From contig CAZMNA010000001.1 in the NCBI GenBank assembly GCA_964567555.1, positions 152,911 through 216,910 on the forward strand: a stretch of 64,000 nucleotides of DNA, written 5' to 3'. Shown piece after piece: positions 7,225 through 15,606 of this stretch (position 1 is its first letter; each line of letters begins with the position of its first letter). The notes under the pieces are model-generated. The model searched no databases and was not told the DNA's origin. It saw only the letters and a program-made list of their open reading frames with translations. The stretch is from an uncultured Candidatus Saccharibacteria bacterium (lineage in GTDB: Bacteria > Patescibacteriota > Saccharimonadia > Saccharimonadales > UBA10212). Position numbers and translations under genes: made by a program.

Positions 7225-7983
7225 TTATTTCATTAACCCTCTCCTTACTTTCGAACCACCTACTCTGTTGAGATGTTTTTGGTAATACTTCTTCACAAGA
7301 CTACTGGCCAACACATTGTTTGAGTTTACGATTTTTACTTTGTGCAGATTCTCACAGTTATCTATAGCAATGGGTAGTTCGGTACAGCCTGCGATTGCTG
7401 CATTAAAACCATCCCCGCTAGCTTCTAAAAATACTCTTTCAAGTATCTTACCTGCCTGGCTCAGCTTGTGAGCCATAACTAGTCCGATCGCCTCATCCAA
7501 CAGCATTTGCTGCTGTTGTGTTGTTTCCTCAAAACTAACTCCACCCTTCTTCAGGTACGGGTGATATAGTTTCTGAGATTTAGAGGTACTAGAAGTAAGC
7601 AGCAAATAGTTATGATGCTCTTTTGACGCTTCTTGTGCCACTTGCTCAACGAGGTTAACAAGAACTGTCGTGGGCTTCACTTTTATTTTGGATAGGTATA
7701 GGTGTGCAGTATTACAGGCAATACCTATAATTGTCGCCCCTTGTTCCTCAAGGTTTTTTACCATACTAACAATTTCTTGTTCAAAGGCATCGTTAAGAGT
7801 TCCTGTATTATCAACTCCTTTGATACCATGATTAACAAGAATTAGGTCGGGGTATTCGCTATCTTCAACAGCACCGTTTTGTATTGCGGCGTGCTGTAAA
7901 ACCTTTGCGAATACATCAGAACCCGCTAGTGGACCAATGCCCGAAACAACTCCTATCTTGGGCGGTAGACTTGTGTGGCTCAT
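7225..7983 (-). CDS. aspartate/glutamate racemase-family amino-acid racemase
   Basis: IGVVSGIGPLAGSDVF..., GIACNTAHLY and AGCTELPI match the two catalytic-cysteine regions of the Asp/Glu racemase family. Confidence 0.8.
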   Translation of the reverse strand: MSHTSLPPKIGVVSGIGPLAGSDVFAKVLQHAAIQNGAVEDSEYPDLILVNHGIKGVDNTGTLNDAFEQEIVSMVKNLEEQGATIIGIACNTAHLYLSKIKVKPTTVLVNLVEQVAQEASKEHHNYLLLTSSTSKSQKLYHPYLKKGGVSFEETTQQQQMLLDEAIGLVMAHKLSQAGKILERVFLEASGDGFNAAIAGCTELPIAIDNCENLHKVKIVNSNNVLASSLVKKYYQKHLNRVGGSKVRRGLMK

Positions 7984-8198
7984 ATGTGTACCTCCTCGTA
8001 TAGAGCAGTCCCGTTCGGATCTAAACTGTGGAAAAGGCTTTTATAGCTTGCGAGTTTAGGCACTACTAACTTACCGAGCACGACTGAAAGCTGTGCTTGT
8101 TGCTTATTGTATGTTTCGGGCAAGACCGTTATCTGATGTTCGCCTAGGTCTGACTTCTTACCAAGTAAGAGGAAGTCTAGAAATACACAAGTTGGCAC
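7980..8198 (-). CDS. hypothetical ORF, possibly the 3' part of a frameshifted gene continuing from 8212-8580
   Basis: GTG-start ORF whose frame stays open upstream into the end of the 8212-8580 ORF. It overlaps the racemase start by 4 nt. Confidence 0.3.
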   Translation of the reverse strand: MPTCVFLDFLLLGKKSDLGEHQITVLPETYNKQQAQLSVVLGKLVVPKLASYKSLFHSLDPNGTALYEEVHI

Positions 8199-8211
8199 AA
8201 GAGTACTTACT

Positions 8212-8580
8212 TCACTGTCGACGAAGATAGCCCAGGCGCACGCCGGCCACGCTCAATACTCCCTTCTTCAGCTTCACTAAACCGTTTTTCAACAGCTCGC
8301 TCATCTCTTGCGGAGCGACCTCTGCTAATGCAGCTTCGCTAAATATGTGATTTGCTTCATCTTTTAGTAGTTGTGTGGCTTGGTCACTTTCGACTTGGTC
8401 CAAGAATGTGTCTCCTGGCTCTAAGAAAGTTTGCTCTTGATGATAGTCATCAACAAACAAGACCAACTCTGCATCAGTCTTATCCGCTACTAAATTTTTT
8501 CCTATTTCCCAACCCTTCATACTTAACATCGATGGGCCATTTACACCGTAGTAATGCCCTGCTTCAACAATAGTTTTCAT
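8212..8580 (-). CDS. hypothetical protein (122 aa)
   Basis: ORF with an AAGGA SD. First gene after the leader/terminator element. No family recognised. Confidence 0.45.
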   Translation of the reverse strand: MKTIVEAGHYYGVNGPSMLSMKGWEIGKNLVADKTDAELVLFVDDYHQEQTFLEPGDTFLDQVESDQATQLLKDEANHIFSEAALAEVAPQEMSELLKNGLVKLKKGVLSVAGVRLGYLRRQ

Positions 8581-8602
8581 CTTAAATCCTTAACAATTAA
8601 AT

Positions 8603-8630
8603 TAAAAAGCCCCTGTGGTTAACAGGGGCT
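8603..8630 (-). terminator. intrinsic terminator inside a 5' leader (attenuator)
   Basis: Minus strand: AGCCCCTGT-TAACC-ACAGGGGCT followed by TTTTT, about 22 nt upstream of the 8580 start codon. Confidence 0.7.
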
Positions 8631-8655
8631 GTTAAGGCTTTATTTTATGACAACT

Positions 8656-8721
8656 TCAAGAACAGCCCCCGATAATACGGTGGCGGCGGATTTCAGAATT
8701 TGGCACATGGCATGAAATCAT
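8656..8721 (-). promoter_or_regulatory. candidate 21-codon leader peptide (MISCHVPNSEIRRHRIIGGCS) whose 3' end overlaps the antiterminator strand
   Basis: ATG lies 9 nt after the -10 box. The stop TGA (8658-8656) lies just 3' of GGGGCTGTT (8669-8661), which can pair with AACAGCCCC (8633-8625), the 5' half of the terminator. Confidence 0.4.
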
Positions 8722-8730
8722 AACTCTGAT

Positions 8731-8758
8731 ATTATAACACAAACGGAATACGCTGCAA
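8731..8758 (-). promoter_or_regulatory. sigma70-type promoter with extended -10 (TTGCAG-16 nt-TGTTATAAT)
   Basis: Read on the minus strand: ttgcagcgtattccgtttgtgttataat. Confidence 0.6.
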
Positions 8759-8857
8759 GTTCTGTAGCTCCATAATTTGTTATACCTAGTTCTGGGCATG
8801 ACAGCCAGCTGAGAACCAAGCATAAGCCTTTTTTAAAAATTTTGTTATGATTGGGTT

Positions 8858-10015
8858 ATGAAAAGCGGCAACTCTTCGGATGAAGCTGTGCCAGAGCTGG
8901 CAAGTGAAGTTGAAGCTTCCAAAAGAGTATTAGATGTTAAATCATCTCAAAAGAAAGCCACCAGCGTAGCCAGTGGTGTGACCAACCCAGCACCCAGCAG
9001 TTCGTCTTCTAATAGGTTTATGCCCTCGCGCTCTTTTCTGTTCACAAAGCACCTGGTGTTTATTGTTTTTGTGATTGTTTTTGGAATCATAGGCCATCGG
9101 CTTTTGTGGCCTAGTCATGCAGAAGAAACAAGCTCCGGCACCAACATCGATACTTCAAGCAAGACTGCTGTTAACGATGCCTATTGGAGCCTTTGGAACC
9201 CAGCGATGACAACATCTGCTGGCTGGACCGGTTCTGTAAAGCCCTGTGACGCCGGAACTATGATGGCTACAGCCCGAAACTCGGAAGTTGACGCCATAAA
9301 CTTTGTGCGGCGCTTGCAGCGGCTAAAACCAATTAGCGCCAGAGATAGTGCTGCCAACAATGCTGCCATGAAAGCATCGCTGATAGTGGAGGCAAATGGT
9401 GCCCCAAACCACTCCCCCCCAGCAACTGGCCCGGGCTCGACGTGCTATAGCAGCGAGGGGGCCGCTGTTTCAGCCCAGTCCAATCTAGGTATAGATTATG
9501 TGGTTTCAACGCCCGATAGCACCCCCGTTGGCGTATTGGTTAAGGGTTACCTAGACGAGCGTATACCCCCCGCCGAAAACAAAACCCTAGGTCACAGGCG
9601 TCGACTTTCATACCCAGACGCAAATGTTTTTGGGATTGGCACAACTGCCCATGCTTCTGCAATTCGGGTCATTGGTCTTTCAACTTCTGCAGCAAATCCG
9701 AGCCCTGATGTAATGTGGCCAACGGGGGGCTACTTCCCCAAACAGCTCGCACCCCATACCTGGTCTTTAACTGGCAGCAGAACAACCGCAGACTTTTCGG
9801 CGGCAACGCTCAAGGTGACTCATAACGGAAATGTCATAAAAGGAATAGATAAGTATGTTACTGACCCCCGCTATGGCCCTTTGCCTACGCTTGCTTGGAG
9901 TATGCCTTTTCAATACGACAAAAGTGGTGGCTATATTGTTACTGTAGGTAATATCAAAGGAGACGGTGCAACAAGAATATCCTACAAAGTCCGTTTCTTT
10001 GACCCAGTACAGTAA
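8858..10015 (+). CDS. membrane-anchored secreted CAP/SCP-domain protein
   Basis: N-terminal TM (LVFIVFVIVFGIIG). CAP-like region (AINFVRRLQRLKPI...NNAAMKASL...GHRRRLSYPDANVFGIG). Confidence 0.6.
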   Translation: MKSGNSSDEAVPELASEVEASKRVLDVKSSQKKATSVASGVTNPAPSSSSSNRFMPSRSFLFTKHLVFIVFVIVFGIIGHRLLWPSHAEETSSGTNIDTSSKTAVNDAYWSLWNPAMTTSAGWTGSVKPCDAGTMMATARNSEVDAINFVRRLQRLKPISARDSAANNAAMKASLIVEANGAPNHSPPATGPGSTCYSSEGAAVSAQSNLGIDYVVSTPDSTPVGVLVKGYLDERIPPAENKTLGHRRRLSYPDANVFGIGTTAHASAIRVIGLSTSAANPSPDVMWPTGGYFPKQLAPHTWSLTGSRTTADFSAATLKVTHNGNVIKGIDKYVTDPRYGPLPTLAWSMPFQYDKSGGYIVTVGNIKGDGATRISYKVRFFDPVQ

Positions 10016-10045
10016 AGCCATAGCTTCCCCTACCGTGGGGAGCCA
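10016..10045 (+). repeat. cassette-boundary motif, copy 5 (AGCCATAGCTTCCCCTACCGTGGGGAGCCA)
   Basis: Begins immediately after the stop at 10015. About 19 of 26 positions match copy 0 (CGTCCTCTATCGTGGTGAGCCAAGCA). A small hairpin TCCCC/GGGGA can form. Confidence 0.45.
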
Positions 10046-10064
10046 ACTTTGATATATTTATGTT

Positions 10065-10376
10065 ATGGGTAAAGCAAAAATTTCCGGCGGTGTGGCACAC
10101 CCTCTGCCCTCCGATTTACGCAACGTTCTAGAGTCTGACGGATCTGTGTTAGAACGCTGGGAAGATCTCACACCACTGGCCCGCAATGAATGGATTTGCT
10201 GGACAATTACAGTTAAGCAACAAAATACAAGGGACGAACATGTTAAGCGGGTAGTTTCTGAGCTAAAAGAAGGCAAGCGCCGACCTTGCTGCTGGGCCGG
10301 TTGTATGCACCGCAAAGACAAAGCCCTAAGCCCGTCACAAAAGTGGGTACTTTCTAGACAATCTGGTTCCAAATAA
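10065..10376 (+). CDS. YdeI/OmpD-associated family protein
   Basis: LTPLARNEWICWTITVKQQNTRDEHVKRVVSELKEGKRRPCCWAGC matches the YdeI/bacteriocin-protection family signature. Confidence 0.65.
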   Translation: MGKAKISGGVAHPLPSDLRNVLESDGSVLERWEDLTPLARNEWICWTITVKQQNTRDEHVKRVVSELKEGKRRPCCWAGCMHRKDKALSPSQKWVLSRQSGSK

Positions 10377-11834
10377 CTAGACCTGAGCGGCTAGCTCTTT
10401 CATGCTTAGCATGATTTGCTGGGCAAAGTTATATAGGTGACGGCCGTGCTCTTCGAACTGAGCCTGGATGGCCGGATCCGTACTCGTTATTTTACTGCCA
10501 AGATGCGGATCCTGGATGAAAGAATCGAGCCGGTTCATCCAGCGTTCCATCAAAACATCTGCCATGAATAAGAATCCACGCGTCCATGTTTTTTGATCCT
10601 CGGTGGGTAGAAGTTGAAACTGTTGTTCAAATGATTCCAGACGACTCTCTAAGTCTTCGGCTGGTTCTACCACCCGGCAAATGTTTTTAAAAGTAGCGAC
10701 CGCACCAGGTATCTCACTGGCCATAATAAAACGGTTGCGAGCGACAGAAATTGATTCTTCTGAACTCTTAACTTGCTCTCTTAACCAAGCCGCGCTGGTA
10801 GGATCATTTCGTTCGATATCGTCTATTAATTCGATGGCTTTGTCTGGCGCAATAACTGAGTATAATAAAGCCAAATCTCCGGCACCTGGGACCATCAGCG
10901 CTTGGGTAAAGTATTTACTATCGTGCGAAAAGAACTTGTCGAATGTTACTTCGTGATTAATAACTCCCATGCCCTTCTTTGCATCGAAGCTGAGGCTAGA
11001 TAAAAAATCATATTTTATAAAAGAATTTTTACGCCGGTTAAAGTCCTGGATTGGCTCAACGTGGACTAATATATCACGGACTACGTGGGCAAAGTTGGTC
11101 AAATCGAGCCTATCCGTTTGGCGTGCTATTTGCATTGACTCCCGATTGTCACCCTCAGCTTCATCAATGTAAGGAGTTCTTGGTAATTCTATGCCATTTT
11201 CGAGCGTCACATTACCGTCTCGCGAATAGTTTGTGTGGGCGGCAATCGCGTACTTAATTAATTTTGTGAGGTTAGGTGGAATCACGCCTTTGGCGTACTT
11301 ACCAAACACAACTGCCCCTACCTCAGCATGGGCACCAATCCGGCTTTTATCCTTGTACCTATCGACTATAGAGTTACCGATGTCATGAAAAACACCAGCG
11401 ACAATACCAACCAGTAGCTCAACCTCATCTATTTTTTCATCAAACTTTGGATCCCGCAAAATGCCTAGCAGGTTTATGGTGTCGCGCAGGAAATGGCCTT
11501 TGCTATGCCCGGCCGGCAAGTTCTTAACTAATTCCTTGAAATGTTCCAGTATTTGTTCTAAAAAATCTGGCGGCAAAAGGCGCAATTCCCCGCGCGCTAA
11601 CCTTTTAGTTTCTTCATAGCCTTCGGGAGTATCTAATTCGCTCAGCTCTTGTCTAAGATCTTGCTCAAGCTTCTGGCCGCCTAAATCACTGGGGTCGATT
11701 ATCTTTGTTTGCACATCTTTAACGTCTTCTCGTTCTTTTGGGGTAAGGCCATACAAAAAAATCTCCGCGACTACTTTGGATAAATGTTCGCTAGTTATTT
11801 CCGGGCGCTGGGTAGGACTTTGTCTCTGTTCCAT
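10377..11834 (-). CDS. HD-domain phosphohydrolase-superfamily protein, function unknown
   Basis: H...HD...H...D pattern (GHFLRD, VFHDIGN, AAHTNY, QTDRLD). The C-terminal 250 aa are unrecognised. Confidence 0.65.
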   Translation of the reverse strand: MEQRQSPTQRPEITSEHLSKVVAEIFLYGLTPKEREDVKDVQTKIIDPSDLGGQKLEQDLRQELSELDTPEGYEETKRLARGELRLLPPDFLEQILEHFKELVKNLPAGHSKGHFLRDTINLLGILRDPKFDEKIDEVELLVGIVAGVFHDIGNSIVDRYKDKSRIGAHAEVGAVVFGKYAKGVIPPNLTKLIKYAIAAHTNYSRDGNVTLENGIELPRTPYIDEAEGDNRESMQIARQTDRLDLTNFAHVVRDILVHVEPIQDFNRRKNSFIKYDFLSSLSFDAKKGMGVINHEVTFDKFFSHDSKYFTQALMVPGAGDLALLYSVIAPDKAIELIDDIERNDPTSAAWLREQVKSSEESISVARNRFIMASEIPGAVATFKNICRVVEPAEDLESRLESFEQQFQLLPTEDQKTWTRGFLFMADVLMERWMNRLDSFIQDPHLGSKITSTDPAIQAQFEEHGRHLYNFAQQIMLSMKELAAQV

Positions 11835-11935
11835 CAGTGTAATCTTAACATTTTATGGTCGAATATTGACTGGGGTATCAGCCTCTTAAAGCTTGGCTTA
11901 TAAAAATCTACCGCTAGGAACTTTATTGAAGAATG

Positions 11936-14332
11936 CTACGGACCGGGTTGCCTCCACTCCCAGTTTCTAATCTCGGGCATATCAACACCATTTTTATCTA
12001 TATAAGCTCGGTGCTCAACCAACTTTTTTTGCATTTCTTGTTTTAGGTATGTCCCTTTTGTGCCCAGTTGGGGCAAACGATCTATTGTATCTATCACTAG
12101 ATGAAAGCGGTCGATTTCATTTAGGACGGCCATATCAAAGGCAGTAGTGATAGTCCCCTCTTCCTTGTAGCCGCGTACATGCAAATCACGGTTGGCCCGG
12201 CGATATGTCAGCCGGTGGATTAACCAAGGATAGCCGTGAAAAGCAAAAATTATGTGCTTATCGCGGGTAAAGATAGAATCAAAATCCACATCGCTCAAGC
12301 CATGCGGCCCTTCGGTGTCTGGCTCCAACTTCATTAGATCCACCACGTTAACAACCCGGATTTTTAGCTGAGGTAGAGCCTCACGCAAAATTGAGACCGC
12401 CGCCAAAGTCTCTACAGTTGGCACATCGCCTGCACAGGCCATAACTACATCCGGCTCAGCGTTTTGGTCATTAGATGCCCACTGCCAAATGCTCAGGCCT
12501 CGGGTGCAATGTTCAATCGCCTCATTCATGTTCAAAAACTGCAGGGCTTCCTCGTGCTTGCCGCAAATCACCAAATTTACATAATTGCGGCTGCGCAGGC
12601 AGTGGTCCATTACCGAGAGTAGGGTGTTGGCATCCGGCGGCAAATAAACCCGGATTGTCTTGGCCTTTTTGTTAATAATGTGATCAATAAATCCGGGGTC
12701 CTGATGGGTAAAGCCATTATGATCTTGGCGCCAAACGTGCGAAGTCAGTAGATAATTTAGCGAAGCGATATCGGCCCGCCAGGGCAATTCCGAGCTCATC
12801 TTTAACCACTTGGCGTGTTGGGTCAACATGGAGTCAACAATTCTGATAAAGGCCTCGTAGCTATGGAATAAGCCGTGACGGCCAGTTAGTAGATAGCCTT
12901 CCAGCCAACCTTGGTTAGTGTGCTCGCTTAGCATGGAGTCCAGCACACTGCCCTGCGGCGCCAAAAACTCATCGCCCGTCTTCATGCGGCCTTCCCATTG
13001 GCGGTCAGTAGCTTCAAATACCGCTTCAAGCCGATTGGAGATTGTCTCGTCCGGGCTAAAGATGCGGAAATTGCGCTGGGCGGAGTTGAGCTTTATTGTA
13101 TCGCGCAAAAATGGCCCCAGTACGTGCATACTGCCGGCATGTACACTGGCCGGAGCTGGCAGTTTTATTGCGTAATCGCGGAAGTCTGGCAGACTAAGAT
13201 CTTTGAGCAGTTTGCCGCCGTTGGCATGCGGGTTAGCACCCATCCGGCGTTCTCCCTCTGGAGCAAGGGCTGCCAGTTCGGGCAAGAGCTTGCCGGCTTC
13301 ATCAAACAGCTCTTCGGGACGATAACTCTTGAGCCAATCCTCCAGTAGCCTTAGATGCTCCGGCGGTGTGGATTGGTTGACCAAAAATGGCACTTGGTGG
13401 GAACGGAAACTACCCACGTTAGGTAGACCGTCCACCGAGGAGGGGCCGGTCCAGCCTTTGGGCGAATTGAGGATTATCATTGGCCAGCGTGGCCGGGCTA
13501 GTTTAGTGTTTTTCAAAGCCCGGCGTTTTATTTTTTTGATATCAGCGACGGCTCTATCCATCGTAGCGGCCATTTGCTGGTGCATAGAAGACGGGTCATC
13601 GCCTTCCACAAAATAAGGCTTCCAGCCGTAACCAATCATTAATTTTTCCAGCTCGTCTCGCCCAATACGTGCTAGTACCGTGGGGTTAGAGATTTTATAG
13701 CCATTAAGGTGCAGAATTGGCAGAACTACGCCGTCGCTAGCTGGGTTTAAAAATTTATTGGAGTGCCAGGCAGTGGCCAGCGGGCCGGTCTCGGCCTCTC
13801 CGTCGCCTACTACGCAGGCGGCAATCAAATCCGGATTATCAAAGACTGCTCCGAAGGCGTGGCTTAGGCTGTAGCCAAGTTCGCCGCCTTCATGGATAGA
13901 GCCGGGCGTTTGCGGTGAGACGTGGCTGGAAATTCCGCCCGGGAATGAAAATTGTTTAAACAATTTTTTGAGACCGGCTTCGTCAAGGCTGACGTTTGGG
14001 TAAACCTCGCTATAGGTGCCCTCCAGATAAACATTGCCGACTACGGCCGGGCCGCCGTGGCCCGGGCCGGACAAATAAATCATATTCAGGTTGCAACTTT
14101 TGATTATCCGGTTTAGGTGCGCGTAGATAAAATTCTGGCCGGGCGTAGTCCCCCAGTGGCCCAGCAGAATTTTCTTGACATGCGTAAGCTTAAGTGGCTC
14201 TTTAAGCAAAGGGTTATCTTGCAGGTAAATCTGACCGACTGATAGGTAATTGGCCGCCCGCCAGTAGGCGTCTATCTTCTTAAGCTGCTGCCGGCTGAGG
14301 GGTTTGCTGCCAAGGCGCATCATTTTGGCCAC
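11936..14332 (-). CDS. xfp: xylulose-5-phosphate/fructose-6-phosphate phosphoketolase
   Basis: 798 aa with hallmark motifs: [45 protein letters not shown] and a TPP-binding GDGEAETG. Confidence 0.95.
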   Translation of the reverse strand: MAKMMRLGSKPLSRQQLKKIDAYWRAANYLSVGQIYLQDNPLLKEPLKLTHVKKILLGHWGTTPGQNFIYAHLNRIIKSCNLNMIYLSGPGHGGPAVVGNVYLEGTYSEVYPNVSLDEAGLKKLFKQFSFPGGISSHVSPQTPGSIHEGGELGYSLSHAFGAVFDNPDLIAACVVGDGEAETGPLATAWHSNKFLNPASDGVVLPILHLNGYKISNPTVLARIGRDELEKLMIGYGWKPYFVEGDDPSSMHQQMAATMDRAVADIKKIKRRALKNTKLARPRWPMIILNSPKGWTGPSSVDGLPNVGSFRSHQVPFLVNQSTPPEHLRLLEDWLKSYRPEELFDEAGKLLPELAALAPEGERRMGANPHANGGKLLKDLSLPDFRDYAIKLPAPASVHAGSMHVLGPFLRDTIKLNSAQRNFRIFSPDETISNRLEAVFEATDRQWEGRMKTGDEFLAPQGSVLDSMLSEHTNQGWLEGYLLTGRHGLFHSYEAFIRIVDSMLTQHAKWLKMSSELPWRADIASLNYLLTSHVWRQDHNGFTHQDPGFIDHIINKKAKTIRVYLPPDANTLLSVMDHCLRSRNYVNLVICGKHEEALQFLNMNEAIEHCTRGLSIWQWASNDQNAEPDVVMACAGDVPTVETLAAVSILREALPQLKIRVVNVVDLMKLEPDTEGPHGLSDVDFDSIFTRDKHIIFAFHGYPWLIHRLTYRRANRDLHVRGYKEEGTITTAFDMAVLNEIDRFHLVIDTIDRLPQLGTKGTYLKQEMQKKLVEHRAYIDKNGVDMPEIRNWEWRQPGP

Positions 14333-15509
14333 CTTTCATTAACTGACCAATCTGCTTGGCCATTTGGCCAGCTTCATCGGCGTGGATTATGCGGACTTCA
14401 ACCCGGCCGTCTGCGGTTGATATAACTGGACTGGCAGATTCGTTAGCATCGGTTTCGAGCTTTATGCCAAGGTAATCCAAGCCCGTACAGGCTCGAACCC
14501 TGATTTTTGGCGCGTTCTCGCCCATTCCGCCAGTGAAAACCAGCCTATCAAGACCGCCCAGCGCAGCGCTCAGACCGCCGATGGCTTTTTTCAATTGGTA
14601 GCAAAACAGGCCAACAGCTTGTCTAGCCCGCTCATCGTCCGGTTCAAGTTCTAGCAATCTTTTCATGTCGGCCGAGGTCTCTGATAGGCCAAGCAGACCT
14701 GACTCAAAATTGACCATATGGTCAAACGCGGCATTGTCTTGTCCTTCTGTTTTGGAAAAATATAGCCCTAGGCCGGGGTCTAGATCACCAGCGCGTGTGC
14801 TCATCGGTAGGCCAGAGGCTGGTGTTAAGCTCATGGTTGTATCAATTGATTTGCCGTCTAAAATTGCGCTCAGGCTGACGCCGTTGCCCAGATGGGCTAC
14901 GATCAGCCGGCCGCCAGCAAGCCTCTCACCACCAATCCGGGTAAGTTCGTCCAAGATGCTCTGGCAAGACAAGCCATGAAAACCGTAGCGGCGTAAGCCC
15001 CCAGTTTGGTAACGCCTTGGCAAGGCCAACAACCTAGCTTCGTCTGGCAGGTCGTGATGAAAGTCAGTATCAAAGCAAGCCGCTTGGCGGGTGTTGCCAA
15101 ACAGATCTGACGTCATTTTTATAAGCGAAAGTTGAACAGGTAAATGCAGCGGGTCCAGCGGTATTATTTTTTCAAGGTCGGCTAAAACCCGGCTGTCCAA
15201 AAAGACCGGCTGATGGTAATCCGGGCCGCCGTGCACAATCCGGTGAACGATTACATCCGGTTGGGTGCCGCCCGGTTGGCTTTTTATCCACTCTCTGATG
15301 AGTGCCATAGCCGCATGGTGGTCGGCCACTGTAACTTTACTTGCATACTCAGCTTCGCCGTCTTTGACGAAAAAATCGCCCTCCCGGGCGCCGATATTTT
15401 CTACTGCGCCCTCAAATATCTTTTTTAGGTTTTGGTCTAGCTCGAAAAGAGCGAACTTTAAACTCGATGAGCCGCAGTTGATAGTTAAAATCTGACCAGT
15501 GCCGCTCAT
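14280..15509 (-). CDS. ackA: acetate kinase
   Basis: [18 protein letters not shown]-terminus, HRIVHGG, and GFHGLS...AHLGNG motifs. It overlaps the xfp start region. Confidence 0.9.
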   Translation of the reverse strand: MSGTGQILTINCGSSSLKFALFELDQNLKKIFEGAVENIGAREGDFFVKDGEAEYASKVTVADHHAAMALIREWIKSQPGGTQPDVIVHRIVHGGPDYHQPVFLDSRVLADLEKIIPLDPLHLPVQLSLIKMTSDLFGNTRQAACFDTDFHHDLPDEARLLALPRRYQTGGLRRYGFHGLSCQSILDELTRIGGERLAGGRLIVAHLGNGVSLSAILDGKSIDTTMSLTPASGLPMSTRAGDLDPGLGLYFSKTEGQDNAAFDHMVNFESGLLGLSETSADMKRLLELEPDDERARQAVGLFCYQLKKAIGGLSAALGGLDRLVFTGGMGENAPKIRVRACTGLDYLGIKLETDANESASPVISTADGRVEVRIIHADEAGQMAKQIGQLMKGGQNDAPWQQTPQPAAA

Positions 15510-15606
15510 GCTTTTATGATAACACTTTGGCTGGATTGTAGGTTACCTTGCAAAAGAGATACGAAGGGCCAAGTAGACTTACGTTATTGACGGTTGTTAG
15601 GTTAAG

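Noticed and set aside
12475-13616. Several 66-116-aa ORFs antisense to xfp. Similar antisense or off-frame ORFs lie inside other long genes, for example 799-1041, 14665-14979, 15737-16024, 36629-37114, 61588-61994 and 62599-63090.
   Set aside because: They sit inside strongly supported conserved genes and have Arg/Ser/Pro-rich, low-complexity compositions typical of shadow ORFs. They have no independent start signals.
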